From: Mobula hypostoma
Lineage: Eukaryota
Assembly (NCBI RefSeq): GCF_963921235.1
Contig: NC_086107.1
Span: 108,998,001-109,062,000, forward strand
Direction: 5' to 3'
Length of the DNA stretch: 64,000 nt
A program made the position numbers and the translations under genes. Shown here piece by piece: positions 37,148 to 49,339 of the stretch. How positions within the stretch are numbered: the stretch's first letter is position 1; the number at the start of each line of letters is the position of its first letter. A model generated the notes under the pieces. That model searched no databases. It was given only the letters and a program-made list of their open reading frames with translations, and was not told the origin of the DNA.

Positions 37148-37455
37148 TGTGGTGCATGGTCAAGTGGTTAAGGCGTCGGTCTAGTGATCAGAAGGTCCTG
37201 AGTTCGAGCCCCAGCTGAGGCAGCGTGTTGTGTGCTTGAGCAAGGCACTTAACCACACAGTGCTCTGCGACGACACTGGTGCCAAGCTGTATCGGCCCTA
37301 GTGCCCTTCCCTTGGACAACAGCGGTGGTGTGGAGAGGGGAGACTTGTAGCATGGGCAACTACTGGTCTTCCATACAACCTCGCCCAGTCCTGCGCCCTG
37401 GAAACCTTCCGAGGCGCAAATCCATGGTCTCATGAGACTAAGAGATGCCTGTTAT
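37148..37455 (+). mobile_element. tRNA-headed SINE (family 2) nested in an antisense V-SINE (~37055-37657)
   Basis: A/B boxes present. Flanked by taatcacaggac / taatcacgggac (12-bp TSD, 1 mismatch). Confidence 0.85.
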
Positions 37456-38183
37456 TAATCACGGGACAGTTTACAATGACCAATTAATCTACCAACCAGT
37501 ACGCCTTTGGACTGTGAGAGGCAACCGGAGCACCCGGAAGAAACCCACACGGTCACGGGGAGAAAGTACAAATTCCTTACAGGCAGCGACGGAAATTGAA
37601 CTCTGGTCACCTGTACAGTAAAGCGTTGTGCTAACCGATATGCTGCTGTTCCGCCCATAATGGCTTCCCGTATTTGTCATTTCTGCCCTGGGAAAAAGTC
37701 TCTGGCTATACACTTGATCTCTGCATCTTATCATCTTGTACACCTCCGTGTCTAATCTCAGTCTCTGTATGAACGGCGAATGATCAGAACCTGCTGATAA
37801 GCAGCCGATGAGTCTCTGGTCACTTTGGGTCGGTAGTCCCATGGAGAACTGTGATCATTATACTAGAAGCAAAGCTTAGCAAGTCTATACGTTATGTTGC
37901 AGTTGTACAAGACACTGGTGAGGCCACATTTGGAATATTGTGTTCAGTTTGGGTCGCGCTGTCGTAGGAAAGGTGCCACTAAGCTGGTAGGAGCTCAGAG
38001 GACATCTGTGAGGATATTGCGAAGGCTCAAAGGACTGAGTTATGGGGAGAGGTTGAGCATATTGGGACATTATTCTTAGCAATCTGGGAAAATAAGGGAC
38101 AATCTTACAGTGACATCAAGAATCATCGGGACATAGAACCAGAATCAGAATCAGGTTTAATATCATTGACAGATGCCATTTTC

Positions 38184-38206
38184 TATATATATATATATAT
38201 ATAAAG

Positions 38207-38249
<43 letters not shown>

Positions 38250-38361
38250 CATGGGGAGAACATATGAACTCTCTACAGGCAGTGGTGGGACATCTGTTGG
38301 TGGGGGAAGGAATTATTGATGTTTCTGGTCTTGATGCAGAGTTTAGGCAGTTCCTTCACAG

Positions 38362-38452
<91 letters not shown>

Positions 38453-38477
38453 ACACACACATACACACACACATACA

Positions 38478-38509
<32 letters not shown>

Positions 38510-38552
38510 TACACACATACACACACACACACACACACACATACACACACAC
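38184..38552. repeat. (AT)n and (CA)n microsatellites (38184-38245; 38364-38552)
   Basis: Directly visible. Confidence 0.97.
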
Positions 38553-39777
38553 AGATCCTCCAGCAGATCGCTTGCTCATTTATTTTTTATTTCGAGATAC
38601 AGTAACCAACCTTTCCTGCCCAATGAGCCCACGCTGTCCAATTACACCCAAGTGACCAGTTGTGCCTTTGGACTGTGGGAGGAAATCAGAGCACCCGGAG
38701 GAAACCCACGCGGTCACGGGCAACAGCAGGAACCGAACCCTTGTTGCTGGCGCTGAAGAGCATTGCGTGAACCACCACACCACCCGTGCCATCCCCAACA
38801 CGAGGCCTCTGATTACGAGTGGTGGGTTGGCAGCCAACTCTCTTCACAGAATGGACATTCCTCCTGATTGCTTGCAATCAGGACACGACACCACTGGGAC
38901 CAAGGCCGCTGATCCCATCCCTCCTGTGCAAGCTCTTTAAAAGGCACTTCGCATCGCCTCCCTTTCCTACCTTTCCTCTTTGAAAAATCAAGTTTCACAG
39001 CTATTAATTATCCACACTAAATCCTAGCCCTTGGACTCCCTGATGATACTGAACCTTTACCGAATTCTTGTAATGATGGCTGGGAACTTAGCCTTCAGGG
39101 AGCCTTATTCCCCAATCTTGTTAATTGGTTGCCATGGAGATGCTGCCTGCCACTGGCTTTCCCTTACACTTTGTGGATTGCTCAGACGTTCAGGCTGAGC
39201 GCAGCAAATTCCATCTGATTCCCGCTGCCCCGTGGGATACGAGCCACCGCGCTCCCGAGAGCAGCTTTCAGCGGAGTGAGCAGTTGACGCATTGAGTGCA
39301 ACATAAAGATTGATATGAACCCAATGCTCCGAGCGGCTCTGCATGCCAGACTCTGAAATCTCAGTGCGTCCCACCTTGCCCATCGATACTTGCAACGTGG
39401 CACTCGCTTTGCACTTCCCGTCACGGCCTTCCTCTCTGGAAATTAGAAATTAGAATAGCGCAGCAAAGTAGCGGCAAGCGCAATTCCTTTACAGCACCAG
39501 CGATCACCGATTGGAGCTTGATTCCCGCCGTTGTCTGTAACGAGTTTGTACGTCCTTTCCGTGACCGCGCAGGGCTTCGCCGAGTGTTCCAGCTTCCTCC
39601 CACGTTCCAAAGACATACGGGTTAGGGTTAGTAAGTTGTGGGCATGCAATGTTGGCTGCCCCCTGGGGACAATCCTCGGACTGTGTTGGTCGTTTGCACA
39701 AAATGATGCATTTCACTGTATGTTTCGATGTTTTCAAGGGTTTCAAACCGCATTCGATATCAGAGTATGTATCCAGT

Positions 39778-40026
39778 CAGTCAGTCAGTGGGTGCTGTCC
39801 CGAATCTGGGGTTGGCTGCTATGCACCTCCATCTTCCTCGATCTTGCGACAGCACCGAGTACAGCCCCTCCTCCAGTTTGTTCTTGCTGGCCGCCTTGGC
39901 ACTGCCCGCTGCCGCCCCCACCGAACTCGGCCCTTCCTTAGGCGGAGGCCTTGGGCAGGTCCAGGCACACGGTGCAGCGCCCAAGTTCATCATGTCTCTT
40001 CTAACTATGTGCATAGCATACGATTC
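39778..40026 (-). mobile_element. 5'-truncated RTE-clade LINE 3' end with a 13-bp TSD, carrying a captured gene fragment
   Basis: TSD gtatgtatccagt at 39765-39777 and 40027-40039. Minus-strand peptide HIVRRDMMNLG...QDRGRWRCIAANP and an (ACTG)n tail. Confidence 0.75.
39849..39978 (-). pseudogene. ZFTRAF1: Circularly permuted 130-bp fragment of the ZFTRAF1/CYHR1 coding sequence
   Basis: Minus strand encodes [11 protein letters not shown] first, then in another frame [31 protein letters not shown]. Joining end to start restores [22 protein letters not shown]; the vertebrate ZFTRAF1/CYHR1 motif as I recall it is [26 protein letters not shown]. Confidence 0.8.
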
Positions 40027-40582
40027 GTATGTATCCAGTACACAGCCTGAAAATCATACTCTTCACAGACATCCATGAAACAAACCCTGTAGAATGATAG
40101 AAACATCAAGTCCCCCCCTCTCCCCTCCCTTCGCACAAGCAGCAGAAAAGCATCAACCCATCTGTGTCAATAGAAACTCCAGCACCCCCCCCACCCAACC
40201 ATGCAGACAGCAGCGGAAAAGCACCAAAGAGTCATTGACCCAGAGTCCATCGGACTACAGTCCACAAACCAGCACTACCATATCTCAGACAGGTCCCTCT
40301 CACCAGCGAGGGAGATATCGCTCCTGTAACGATGAGAGCACGAGACCAGCAGCTCGCTGATCTGACTTTACAATCTTCAATATCGTTTCTCCAAGCACAC
40401 TACCCCTCCCCGCCCCCCATAAGGCTAATCTTGAATCTCTTTTTTTCAATGTTGCATTAAAATTAGGGTTGGGTGTTTATGATACAAAACCATCAGGCAA
40501 CGGAATGGGACAGGTATTTCAAAAAGGCTTTTGGACGGGTAAGTGGATAGGAAAGGCTATGAACGATATGAGCCAAGCACAC

Positions 40583-40957
40583 CTCCAAGAGGACCACAAC
40601 TTTGCCATCGTTTGGAGCTTGCGTGCCTCAGCGACCTGGACAGCTATGTTGGCTGGAGTCAGGGCTTTAAGCTTTGGCTCTTGGTAGGGTCACCCACGCC
40701 GAACAGGTCAAAGGGTAGAGGCCAGTCCTCAGAGGTTCAGCTCAGGGCTAACAACCCCTGACTGGTCAAGCAAAATTGTTACGGAAGCAGCAATGAAGTG
40801 TGACGGTATTCCTGAGTCTCCACCCGGGACTTGTGCGGCTGACAGTAGTGAAAATGGAGAGGAAGCTGACACGATGAAGGAAGCCGTGAACACTGCCAGA
40901 GACGGAGGACTTTCATTACTGCCCTAAACGCCAAAGGTGTAACAAGCAAATGAGCAA
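40583..40957 (+). mobile_element. Bipartite RTE-derived non-autonomous element, copy 2
   Basis: Homologous to 30792-31108. Confidence 0.65.
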
Positions 40958-41457
40958 AGGAAGTCCCAAACTGAGCCACATGCGTCTTACCTGAGATAAA
41001 AATCTTGGTTGGAATGGGTCAATATGATTCTGACAACCCAAACTGTTCCACACAATCATACTCTGCATGATTACCTTTATGAGTCACTTGTACATGAAAA
41101 CATACAGCAAAATGCACCATCTGCATCAACAACCAGTGCAGTCCAAGGATTGTGCTGGGCACAGCCGCGTGTGTCTCCATGCTTCTGGCACCAACACAGC
41201 ATGCCCACAACTTCCTAGCCCTAACCCTAACCCGTACGTCTTTGATACATGGGAGGAAACAAGGGCACCTGGAGAAAGCCCTCACTGTCACGGGGAGTAT
41301 GAGCAAACTCCTTACAGACGGCAGTGAGAATTGAAGCCCAGTCACAATCACTGGCGCTGTAGAGTATTACGCTAACCACTTCGCCACCGTGCCACATCAG
41401 GCTGACCTGAGAGCATGTGATGTGACTGTGTAGAGGGAAATTTAGTATGTATGTAGG

Positions 41458-43833
41458 CAGCACTGTCCCTCTGACAGTGTGACACTCCCTCAGTACTGTC
41501 CCTCTGATAGTGGGGCACTCCTTCAGTGTGACGCTCCCTCGGTACCGTCCCTCCGACAGTGTGACGCTCCCTCGGTACTGTCCCTCTGATAGTGGGGCAC
41601 TCCTTCAGCACTGTCCCTCTGACAGTGAGACACTCCCTCAGTACCGTCCCTCTGATAGTGGGGCACTCCTTCAGTACTGTCCCTCTGACAGTGAGACACT
41701 CCCTCGGTACTGTCCATCTGACAGTGAGACACTCCCTCAGTACCGTCCCTCTGACAGTGTGACACTCCCTCGGTACCGTCCCTCTGACTGTGACACTCCC
41801 TCGGTACTGTCCCTTTGACAGTGTGACACTCCCTCAGTACCGTCCCTCTGATAGTGGGGCACTCCTTCAGTACTGTCCCTCTGACAGTGTGACACTCCCT
41901 CAGTACCGTCCCTCTGATAGTGGGGCACTCCTTCAGTGAGACACTCCCTCGGTACTGTCCCTCCGATAGTGTGACACTCCCTCGATACTGTCCCTCTGAC
42001 AGTGTGACACTCCCTCAGTACCGTCCCTCAGACAGTGTGACACTCCCTCAGTACTGTCCCTCCGACAGTGTGACACTCCCTCAGTACCGTCTCTCAGACA
42101 GTGTGACACTCCCTCAGTACCGTCCCTCAGACAGTGTGACACTCCCTCAGTACTGTCCCTCCCACAGTGTGACACTCCCTCAGTACCGTCTCTCAGACAG
42201 TGTGACACTCCGGCAGTACCGTCCCTCCGACAGTGTGACACTCCCTCGGTACCGTCCCTCCGACAGTGAGACACTCCCTCGGTACCGTCCCTCCGACAGT
42301 GTGACACTCCCTCGGTACCGTCCCTCCGACAGTGAGACACTCCCTCGGTACCGTCCCTCCGACAGTGTGACACTCCCTCGGTACCGTCCCTCCGACAGTG
42401 AGACACTCCCTCGGTACCGTCCCTCCGACAGTGAGACACTCCCTCGGTACCGTCCCTCCGACAGTGAGACACTCCCTCGGTACCGTCCCTCCGACAGTGA
42501 GACACTCCCTCGGTACCGTCCCTCCGACAGTGAGACACTCCCTCGGTACCGTCCCTCCGACAGTGTGACACTCCCTCGGTGCCGTCCCTCCGACAGTGTG
42601 ACACTCCCTCGGTACCGTCCCTCCGACAGTGTGACACTCCCTCGGTGCCGTCCCTCCGACAGTGAGACACTCCCTCGGTACCGTCCCTCCGACAGTGAGA
42701 CGCTCCCTCAGTACCGTCCCTCCGACAGTGTTACACTCCCTCGGTACCGTCCCTCCGACAGTGAGACGCTCCCTCAGTACCGTCCCTCCGACAGTGTTAC
42801 ACTCCCTCGGTACCGTCCCTCTGACAGTGAGACGCTCCCTCAGTACCGTCCCTCCGACAGTGAGACGCTCCCTCGGTACCGTCCCTCTGACAGTGAGACG
42901 CTCCCTCCGTACCGTCCCTCCGACAGCGTGACGCTCCCTCGGTACCGTCCCTCCGACAGTGAGACGCTCCCTCCGTACTGTCCCTCTGACAGCGTCACGC
43001 TCCCTCGGTACTGTCCCTCCGACAGTGAGACGCTCCCTCAGTACTGTCCCTCTGACAGTGTGACACTCCCTCGGTACTGTCCCTCCGATAGTGAGACACT
43101 CCCTCGGTACTGTCCCTCTGACAGTGTGACACTCCCTCGGTACTGTCCCTCCGACAGTGAGACACTCCCTCAGTACCGTCCCTCTGACAGTGTTACACTC
43201 CCTCGGTACCGTCCCTCCGACAGTGAGACACTCCCTCAGTACCGTCCCTCTGACAGTGTTACACTCCCTCGGTACCGTCCCTCTGACAGTGAGACACTCC
43301 CTCCGTACCGTCCCTCCGACAGCGTGACACTCCCTCGGTACCGTCCCTCCGACAGTGAGACACTCCCTCGGTACTGTCCCTCCGACAGTGTGACACTCCC
43401 TCGGTACCGTCCCTCTGACAGTGAGACACTCCCTCGGTACCGTCCCTCCGACAGTGAGACACTCCCTCCGTACCGTCCCTCCGACAGCGTGACACTCCCT
43501 CGGTACCGTCCCTCCGACAGTGAGACACTCCCTCGGTACCGTCCCTCTGACAGTGTGACGCTCCCTCGGTACTGTCCCTCTGACAGTGAGACGCTCCCTC
43601 AGTACTGTCCCTCCGACAGTGAGACGCTCCCTCAGTACTGTCCCTCTGACAGTGTGACACTCCCTCAGTACCGTCCCTCTGACAGTGTGACACTCCCTCA
43701 GTACTGTCCCTCCGATAGTGAGACAATCCCTCAGTACTGTCCCTCTGACAGTGTGACACTCCCTCAGTACTGTCCCTCCGACAGTGAGACACTCCCTCAG
43801 TACTGTCCCTCTGACAGTGTGACACTCCCTCAG
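41458..43833 (+). repeat. 33-bp minisatellite array A (~72 units)
   Basis: Unit approx. cagtgWgacactccctcRgtacYgtccctcYga. Gives an 11-aa periodic pseudo-ORF (SDSETLPRYRP). Confidence 0.97.
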
Positions 43834-44517
43834 TCCCACCAGCAGAAATGCTTGTCCATGTGTCTCCAAAACTTATGAATTTTTTGCCACTGATCAAGAG
43901 TTTATTGGTTTCAGTCAGTGTCATACAGAAAACTTTGCAGCAATTAAGGAAGAGAGCAAGAAACTAGATTCTAACAGGTTTGCTCTTTGAAAGAACTTAC
44001 CTGACTGCAATAAGCCAAAATACTCTCCAGAATATTACTATTCTACAATTAATGGATTTGTAGATATTGCTGGAGTTATGCAGCTTGCAAACTGGCCCTT
44101 GAGATCACCTCATCCATATTAACCAAAATCCCTACATCAGCTAATCTGATTTGCCTGCGTTTGGTCAAATCTGTCTGAGCATTTCATATCTGTCTGGCAG
44201 GAGATACAGGAACACCTTTGCCAAGGTGGTTAGACAAAAAAAAAACAGCTTCTTCTCGAGGGATGTTTTGCAGCTGAATAATGCTGCAGCCCGGCTTGCT
44301 GATGCCCTTTGAGTGTTATGGACTATAAAAGTCACTTGTATTCTGTAAACGTAGGAATTTTATTTATTTATTTATGTTTAGTTAAACGGTACTGCATTCA
44401 TTACAAATATTTTTGCATGGACCAGCGTAGCACTGCAATCTCATTGGTTTGAGCAATGGTAATACAGTTCTATCCTATTTTATTCTGTATACTTGTCCAA
44501 GTACCTTTTTAAACGTT

Positions 44518-45210
44518 TGTATTCCCCCGGCCACCCTCAGGGTCGCTCGGCTCGCTGTCGTCTAGGGAAACAGTCTCGGCCCCGCCAAACTGGATAATTA
44601 GTTTGTGTGGATGCTGTGTGATGTACCCCACCCCGCCCAAATAACAGACAATACACCAGATGCAATTAAATGATTTACAGTTTATAGATATTACTGGAAC
44701 TATATAATTAAGAAAGAATAAAATATAAAAGGAAAATAAAAGGTGCCACACTTATCAAAGTTCAATCTCTTCGTGCACAAAACAGTTGGAGCTCAAGGAC
44801 CTTCTTCTTCACCCTGCGACCCCCTTGGACCACCTCGACCGGTCGCCTGGGACCAACAACAGTGGTCGACCAGACGCTCCACACGAGTCCGTCTCCGTCT
44901 CCTTGCTGAACGCCCTCCTCGGGGTCCAACCCCGTTAGCGGACTTACAGCACCTGGTCCATCCTCTGTCTCGGTCTCCCGCCTTCTGCCCCAAAACCCCG
45001 CGCATACAGTATCTTCAAATACACCAAAAACATAACAACTATCCCAATTGGTTAATAACATATTTCTTATCACACTCTAAACCAAAACAAGCTGCTAGCG
45101 CAAACTTTCTCAGCGTTTAACACAACAAAGTCGCATTCCCCACATTAACATAACAAAGATGCCATTTTAATTAGCCTCCGCAGTAACATAAAAGTCGAAA
45201 CTCCCTTACA
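44518..45210 (-). mobile_element. Solo LTR (693 bp) with a 4-bp TSD (CGTT)
   Basis: TGTA...TACA ends and CGTT at 44514-44517 and 45211-45214. The 4-bp TSD fits Gypsy or class I ERV. Strand inferred from a TGTAAGG-type start. Confidence 0.82.
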
Positions 45211-45375
45211 CGTTGTAATTACACCCACCTCTATCACCTCCCCTGGTAGTTTATGCCAGATTCCCACCACTCTCCGTATGATCTTCTGAAAGTATGCTCC
45301 TCCTACCTTTAACCTATGCCCTCTGGTGTCAGATTTCCCAACCTAAAATAAAGACTGTGACTCCTACCCTATCCA

Positions 45376-45902
45376 CACTCAGTGGCCACTTTGTTAGGTG
45401 CACCTGTACACCAGCTCATTAATGCAAATATCTAATCAGCCAATCACATGTCGCAACTCAATGCTTGAAAGCACGCAGACATGGTCAAGAGGTTCAGCTG
45501 CTGTTCAGACCAAACATCTAGAATGGGGAGGAAATGCGATCGAAGTGACTGACTGTCTGATGATTGTTGGTGCCAGACAGAGTGGTCTGAGTATCTTAGA
45601 AGTTGCTGATTTCCTGGGATTTTTACGCACAACAAGAGTTTACAGAGAATGGTGCAAAAAACTAAAAACATCCAGTGAGCAGCAGCTCTGTGGGCGAAAA
45701 CGCCTTGTTAATGAGAGAGGTCAGAGGAGAATGGACAGACTGGTTCAAGCTGACAGTAACTCAAATAACCACATGTTACAACAGTGGTGCCCAAAGGAGC
45801 ATCTCTGAATGCACATCATGTCAAACCTTGAAGAGGATGCACTACAGCAGCAGAAGATCGCGAACGTACACTCAGTGGCCACTTTATTAGGTACACTGAG
45901 TG
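45376..45902 (+). mobile_element. Tc1-like deletion derivative
   Basis: Left TIR, then MIVGARQSGLSILEVADFLGFLRTTRVYREWCKK...RGQRRMDRLVQAD, then a second direct TIR copy ending actgagtg|TA. Confidence 0.85.
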
Positions 45903-46249
45903 TATGTCCCTCATAGTTTATAAACCTCCAGCAAGTCATCCCTCAACCTCCTTCACTCCAGGGAAAACTGAGCTCTGTTCTAGAGAGGCGGGCACACGGA
46001 AGACAGAGAACGGTCGAAGTGAAATAGAAACAAGGGGAAATGCGGCTGCGTCGATTCAGAATTGACTTGCCCATAGAAGGCAGAGGATGGAAGTAGATGG
46101 ACCATATACTGTCTGGAGTCCGATGACCAGTAGGCTTGATTTTAAGGTGACTGGAGATAAATACAGGGGAAATATCAGAGGTAAGTTTTTTACACAGAGA
46201 ATGGTGGGTGCATGGAACATGTTCCAGGGTGGTGGTAGAGATAGGTAGG

Positions 46250-46968
46250 TGTGTAGTGGAGAGTGTATTAGTTGGCTCCATTGCAGCCTGGTGTGGAAAC
46301 AGCAATACTTTTGAAAGGAAAATCCTATGAAAGTGGAGTCGGCTCAGTACATCACAAGTAAAGCCGTCCCAACCATTGATCACATCTACATAAGACGCTG
46401 TCACAGGAAAGCAGCATCTATTATCAGGGACCCCCACTACCCAAGTCACATTCTCTTCTCACTGCTGCTGTCAGGTAGAATACAACTTGGAATTCTTACT
46501 CTTCACAGACATCCACAAAACAGAAAACCCCGAACAACGAATGACAGAAAAATGTTAGAACTCCAAAGCCCACCCCCCCTCCTCTCACGCACAAGCAGCA
46601 GCAAAGCATCGACCCTCGCCTCCCCCCCACTTGTCCAGCATGAACACCACCAGGTTCAACAACAGTTACTACCCCACAACCATCAAGCTCTTGAATAAAA
46701 GGGGATGACTACACTCACTTGCCCATTCATTGAAATGTTCCCACAACCAATGATCTCACTTCAAGGACTCTTTATCCCATTATCTCATTTTCTCGTTATT
46801 TATCGCTATTTATTTATATTTGCATTTGCACAGTTTGTTGTCTTCTGCACTCTGGTTGATCTTTCATTGATCCTGTTATAGTTACTATTCTAAAGATTTG
46901 CTGAGTATGCCCGCAGGAAAATGAATCTCAGGGTTCTGTATGGTGACATATATGTACTTTGATAATCT
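46250..46968 (+). mobile_element. Rex1/Babar 3' fragment with an internal insertion
   Basis: Encodes VESAQYITSKAVPTIDHIYIRRCHRKAASIIRDPHYPSHILFSLLLSGR. 3' UTR as at 36190-36440. Confidence 0.8.
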
Positions 46969-46970
46969 AT

Positions 46971-47596
46971 TTTAGATTATGAGGACACGCAGTCCTCTTT
47001 TATTGTCATTTAGTAATGCATGCATTAAGAAATGAGACAATATTTCCTCCAGTGTGATATCACAAAACACAGGACAAACCAATACTGAAAAAACCGACAA
47101 AACCACATAATTATAACATATAGTTACAACAGTGCAACAATACCATAACTTGATGAAGAAGTCCATGAGCACAGTAAAAGTTCAAAGCCTCTGAAATGTC
47201 CCACATCTCACGCAGACGGGAGAAGGAAGAAAAACTCTCCCTGCCATGCCCAACCACAGTCCGTCTCTGAGTCATCCGAAAACTTCGAGCCTCCGAATCA
47301 GCTCTCCGACACCGAGTACTGAGCGCCATCTCTGTCCGAACGATTCGCCCTCAATCTCGGTCGCCAACAGCAGGCAACGCCGGGGATTTTGAGGCCTACC
47401 CTCCGGAAGATTCCCGACCACGCAGTAACGACAGCAGCGAACGAGCGTTTCAGAAATTTCTCCAGATGTCCCTCTGTGCTTTCACGTCTGCCTCCATCAA
47501 ATCAGAATTGTCCACGGCCCCTAATTAACGGATACGATATCATTTTTCACCGGAGGGCTGCGCACGCGCAGCGCGCTGCTATCTCTCCTCCCGCCT
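46971..47596 (-). mobile_element. Family X non-autonomous retroelement, copy 2
   Basis: Reverse complement of the 23180-23805 family. Confidence 0.75.
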
Positions 47597-48572
47597 CTTC
47601 TTTGAACTTCTAGCTTTCTACATTACAGACTTTTAAGAAACTCTTAGATAGGCGCAGGGATGATAGAAGAATGGAGGACTATATAGGAGGGAGGGGTTAG
47701 ACTAAGTAGTAGGGTCAGTACAACATTAATAGACCAAAGAGCCTGTGCTGTGCTGCAGTATTCCGTGTTCGATGTTCTTAAATCTTAATGATGACTATGA
47801 ACCAAAAGGTGCTCAAAACACGCAACGAGTCAGGCAGTACCTGAAGATAGAAAAAAATCAGTGTTAATATTTCAGCTGATAGCTCTTCGTCGGAACTTCT
47901 GTCTCTCTCTGCAGGTTCCGCCACAGCTGCTGAAACTTCCCTGCCTGGTTTTATTCATGATCCAGCTTTCCGGCTGCTCCATATTCCATCATTTTTCTTC
48001 CCAACAATTGAAATTCTCCTCCGGCCAACAAACTCCCTGCGGCAATGAAGGCAATTGATAGAGACAAGATTAGAGAAATTAATTTCCTGCAACCTCTTCC
48101 TCTGATTGTTTTGAACAGGTGACAAAGTTAGTTAAAGAATGAAAATTCTATCAGGTTCCCAAGCCTGGGAAGATTCTGCAGTCATCAGCAAGTCCTGACA
48201 AAAGCCTGACTTCCAAAGTTGCCGGAAGGAAAGTGAGACGGATTATAGAGAATCGAGAGCTTTGTTCTCTACATAATTGTGGCTCGCAGATCAAATGGGA
48301 GATAGAATTCTTCTCACATTAATCTCTGTTATTCCAAATTAACACAACTGTTTTAAGGTGAAAGAGTGGCAGTGTAAATCAATTTGTTCATAACCTAGCA
48401 ACAATACAGATTTCAACACAAAAGAAAACCACAGATGCTAGAAGTCTGAAATATATGAAAAACCGAAAATACTCAGCAGGTCAGGCAGCATCCGTGAACA
48501 GAGAAACGTTTCAAGTTCTACAGACAGCCCATTCACTTTCAGATCAAACATGAGGTGCTGAACAGATGTACA

Positions 48573-49255
48573 TTAGATTAGATTAAGAGGACACGCAGTC
48601 CTCTTTTATTGTCATTTAGTAATGCATGCATTAAGAAATGATACAATTTGTTCCTCCAGAATGATATCACAGAAACACAAGACAAACCAAGACTAAAAAA
48701 AACTGACAAAAACAACATAATTATAACAGATAGTTACAACAGTGCAAAGCAATACCGTAATTTGATGAAGAACAGGTCATGGGCACAGTAAAAAGTCTCC
48801 AAGTCTCTTGAAAGTCTCATCATCTCACGCAGACGGTTGAAGGGAGAAACTCTCCCTGCCATGAGCTTCCAGCGCCGCAAACTTGCCGATGCAGCATCCT
48901 GGAAGCACCCGACCACAGTCCGACTCTGAGTCCGTCCGAAAACTTTGAGCCTCCGACCAGCTCTCCGACACCGAGCACCGAGCACCATCTCTGCCGAGCG
49001 CTTCGACCCCGGCCCCGGCAACAGGCAGCAGGCAAAGCTGAGGATTTGGGGCCTTCCCCTCCGGAGATTCTCGATCGCACAGTAATAGCGGCAGCGAAGC
49101 GGGAATTTCAGAAGTTTCTCCAGATGTTCCTCCGTGCTTCTCACGTCTGTCTCCATCAAATCAGGATTGTGCACGGCCCCCTAGTTAACACATATGATAT
49201 CATTTCGGAGCAGCCGCGTGCGCTGCGTCGCCCCGCCATCTTCTCCTCCCCTCCC
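48573..49255 (-). mobile_element. Family X non-autonomous retroelement, copy 3 (most complete; 5' GAAGATGGCG)
   Basis: Homology to copies 1 and 2, with a (TAATC)n tail. Confidence 0.78.
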
Positions 49256-49339
49256 CTCCTCCAAGGGAGGATTGCAAGACGCTTCTGTAGGACAGTTGTA
49301 GTGTTATAACGGAGCGCTGCACCGTCAGACAGACAGAGC

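Noticed and set aside
39781..40014. Functional ZFTRAF1/CYHR1 exon or processed retrogene
   Set aside because: Only 130 bp, permuted, with the halves in different frames, no splice sites and no poly(A) of its own.
41458..43833. CRISPR-like array
   Set aside because: Head-to-tail repeats with no unique spacers, no cas genes, and a vertebrate context.
41920..43878. 652-aa ORF and overlapping long ORFs
   Set aside because: They result from a stop-free 33-bp unit (a multiple of 3) that is open in several frames and on both strands. No sign of a real protein.
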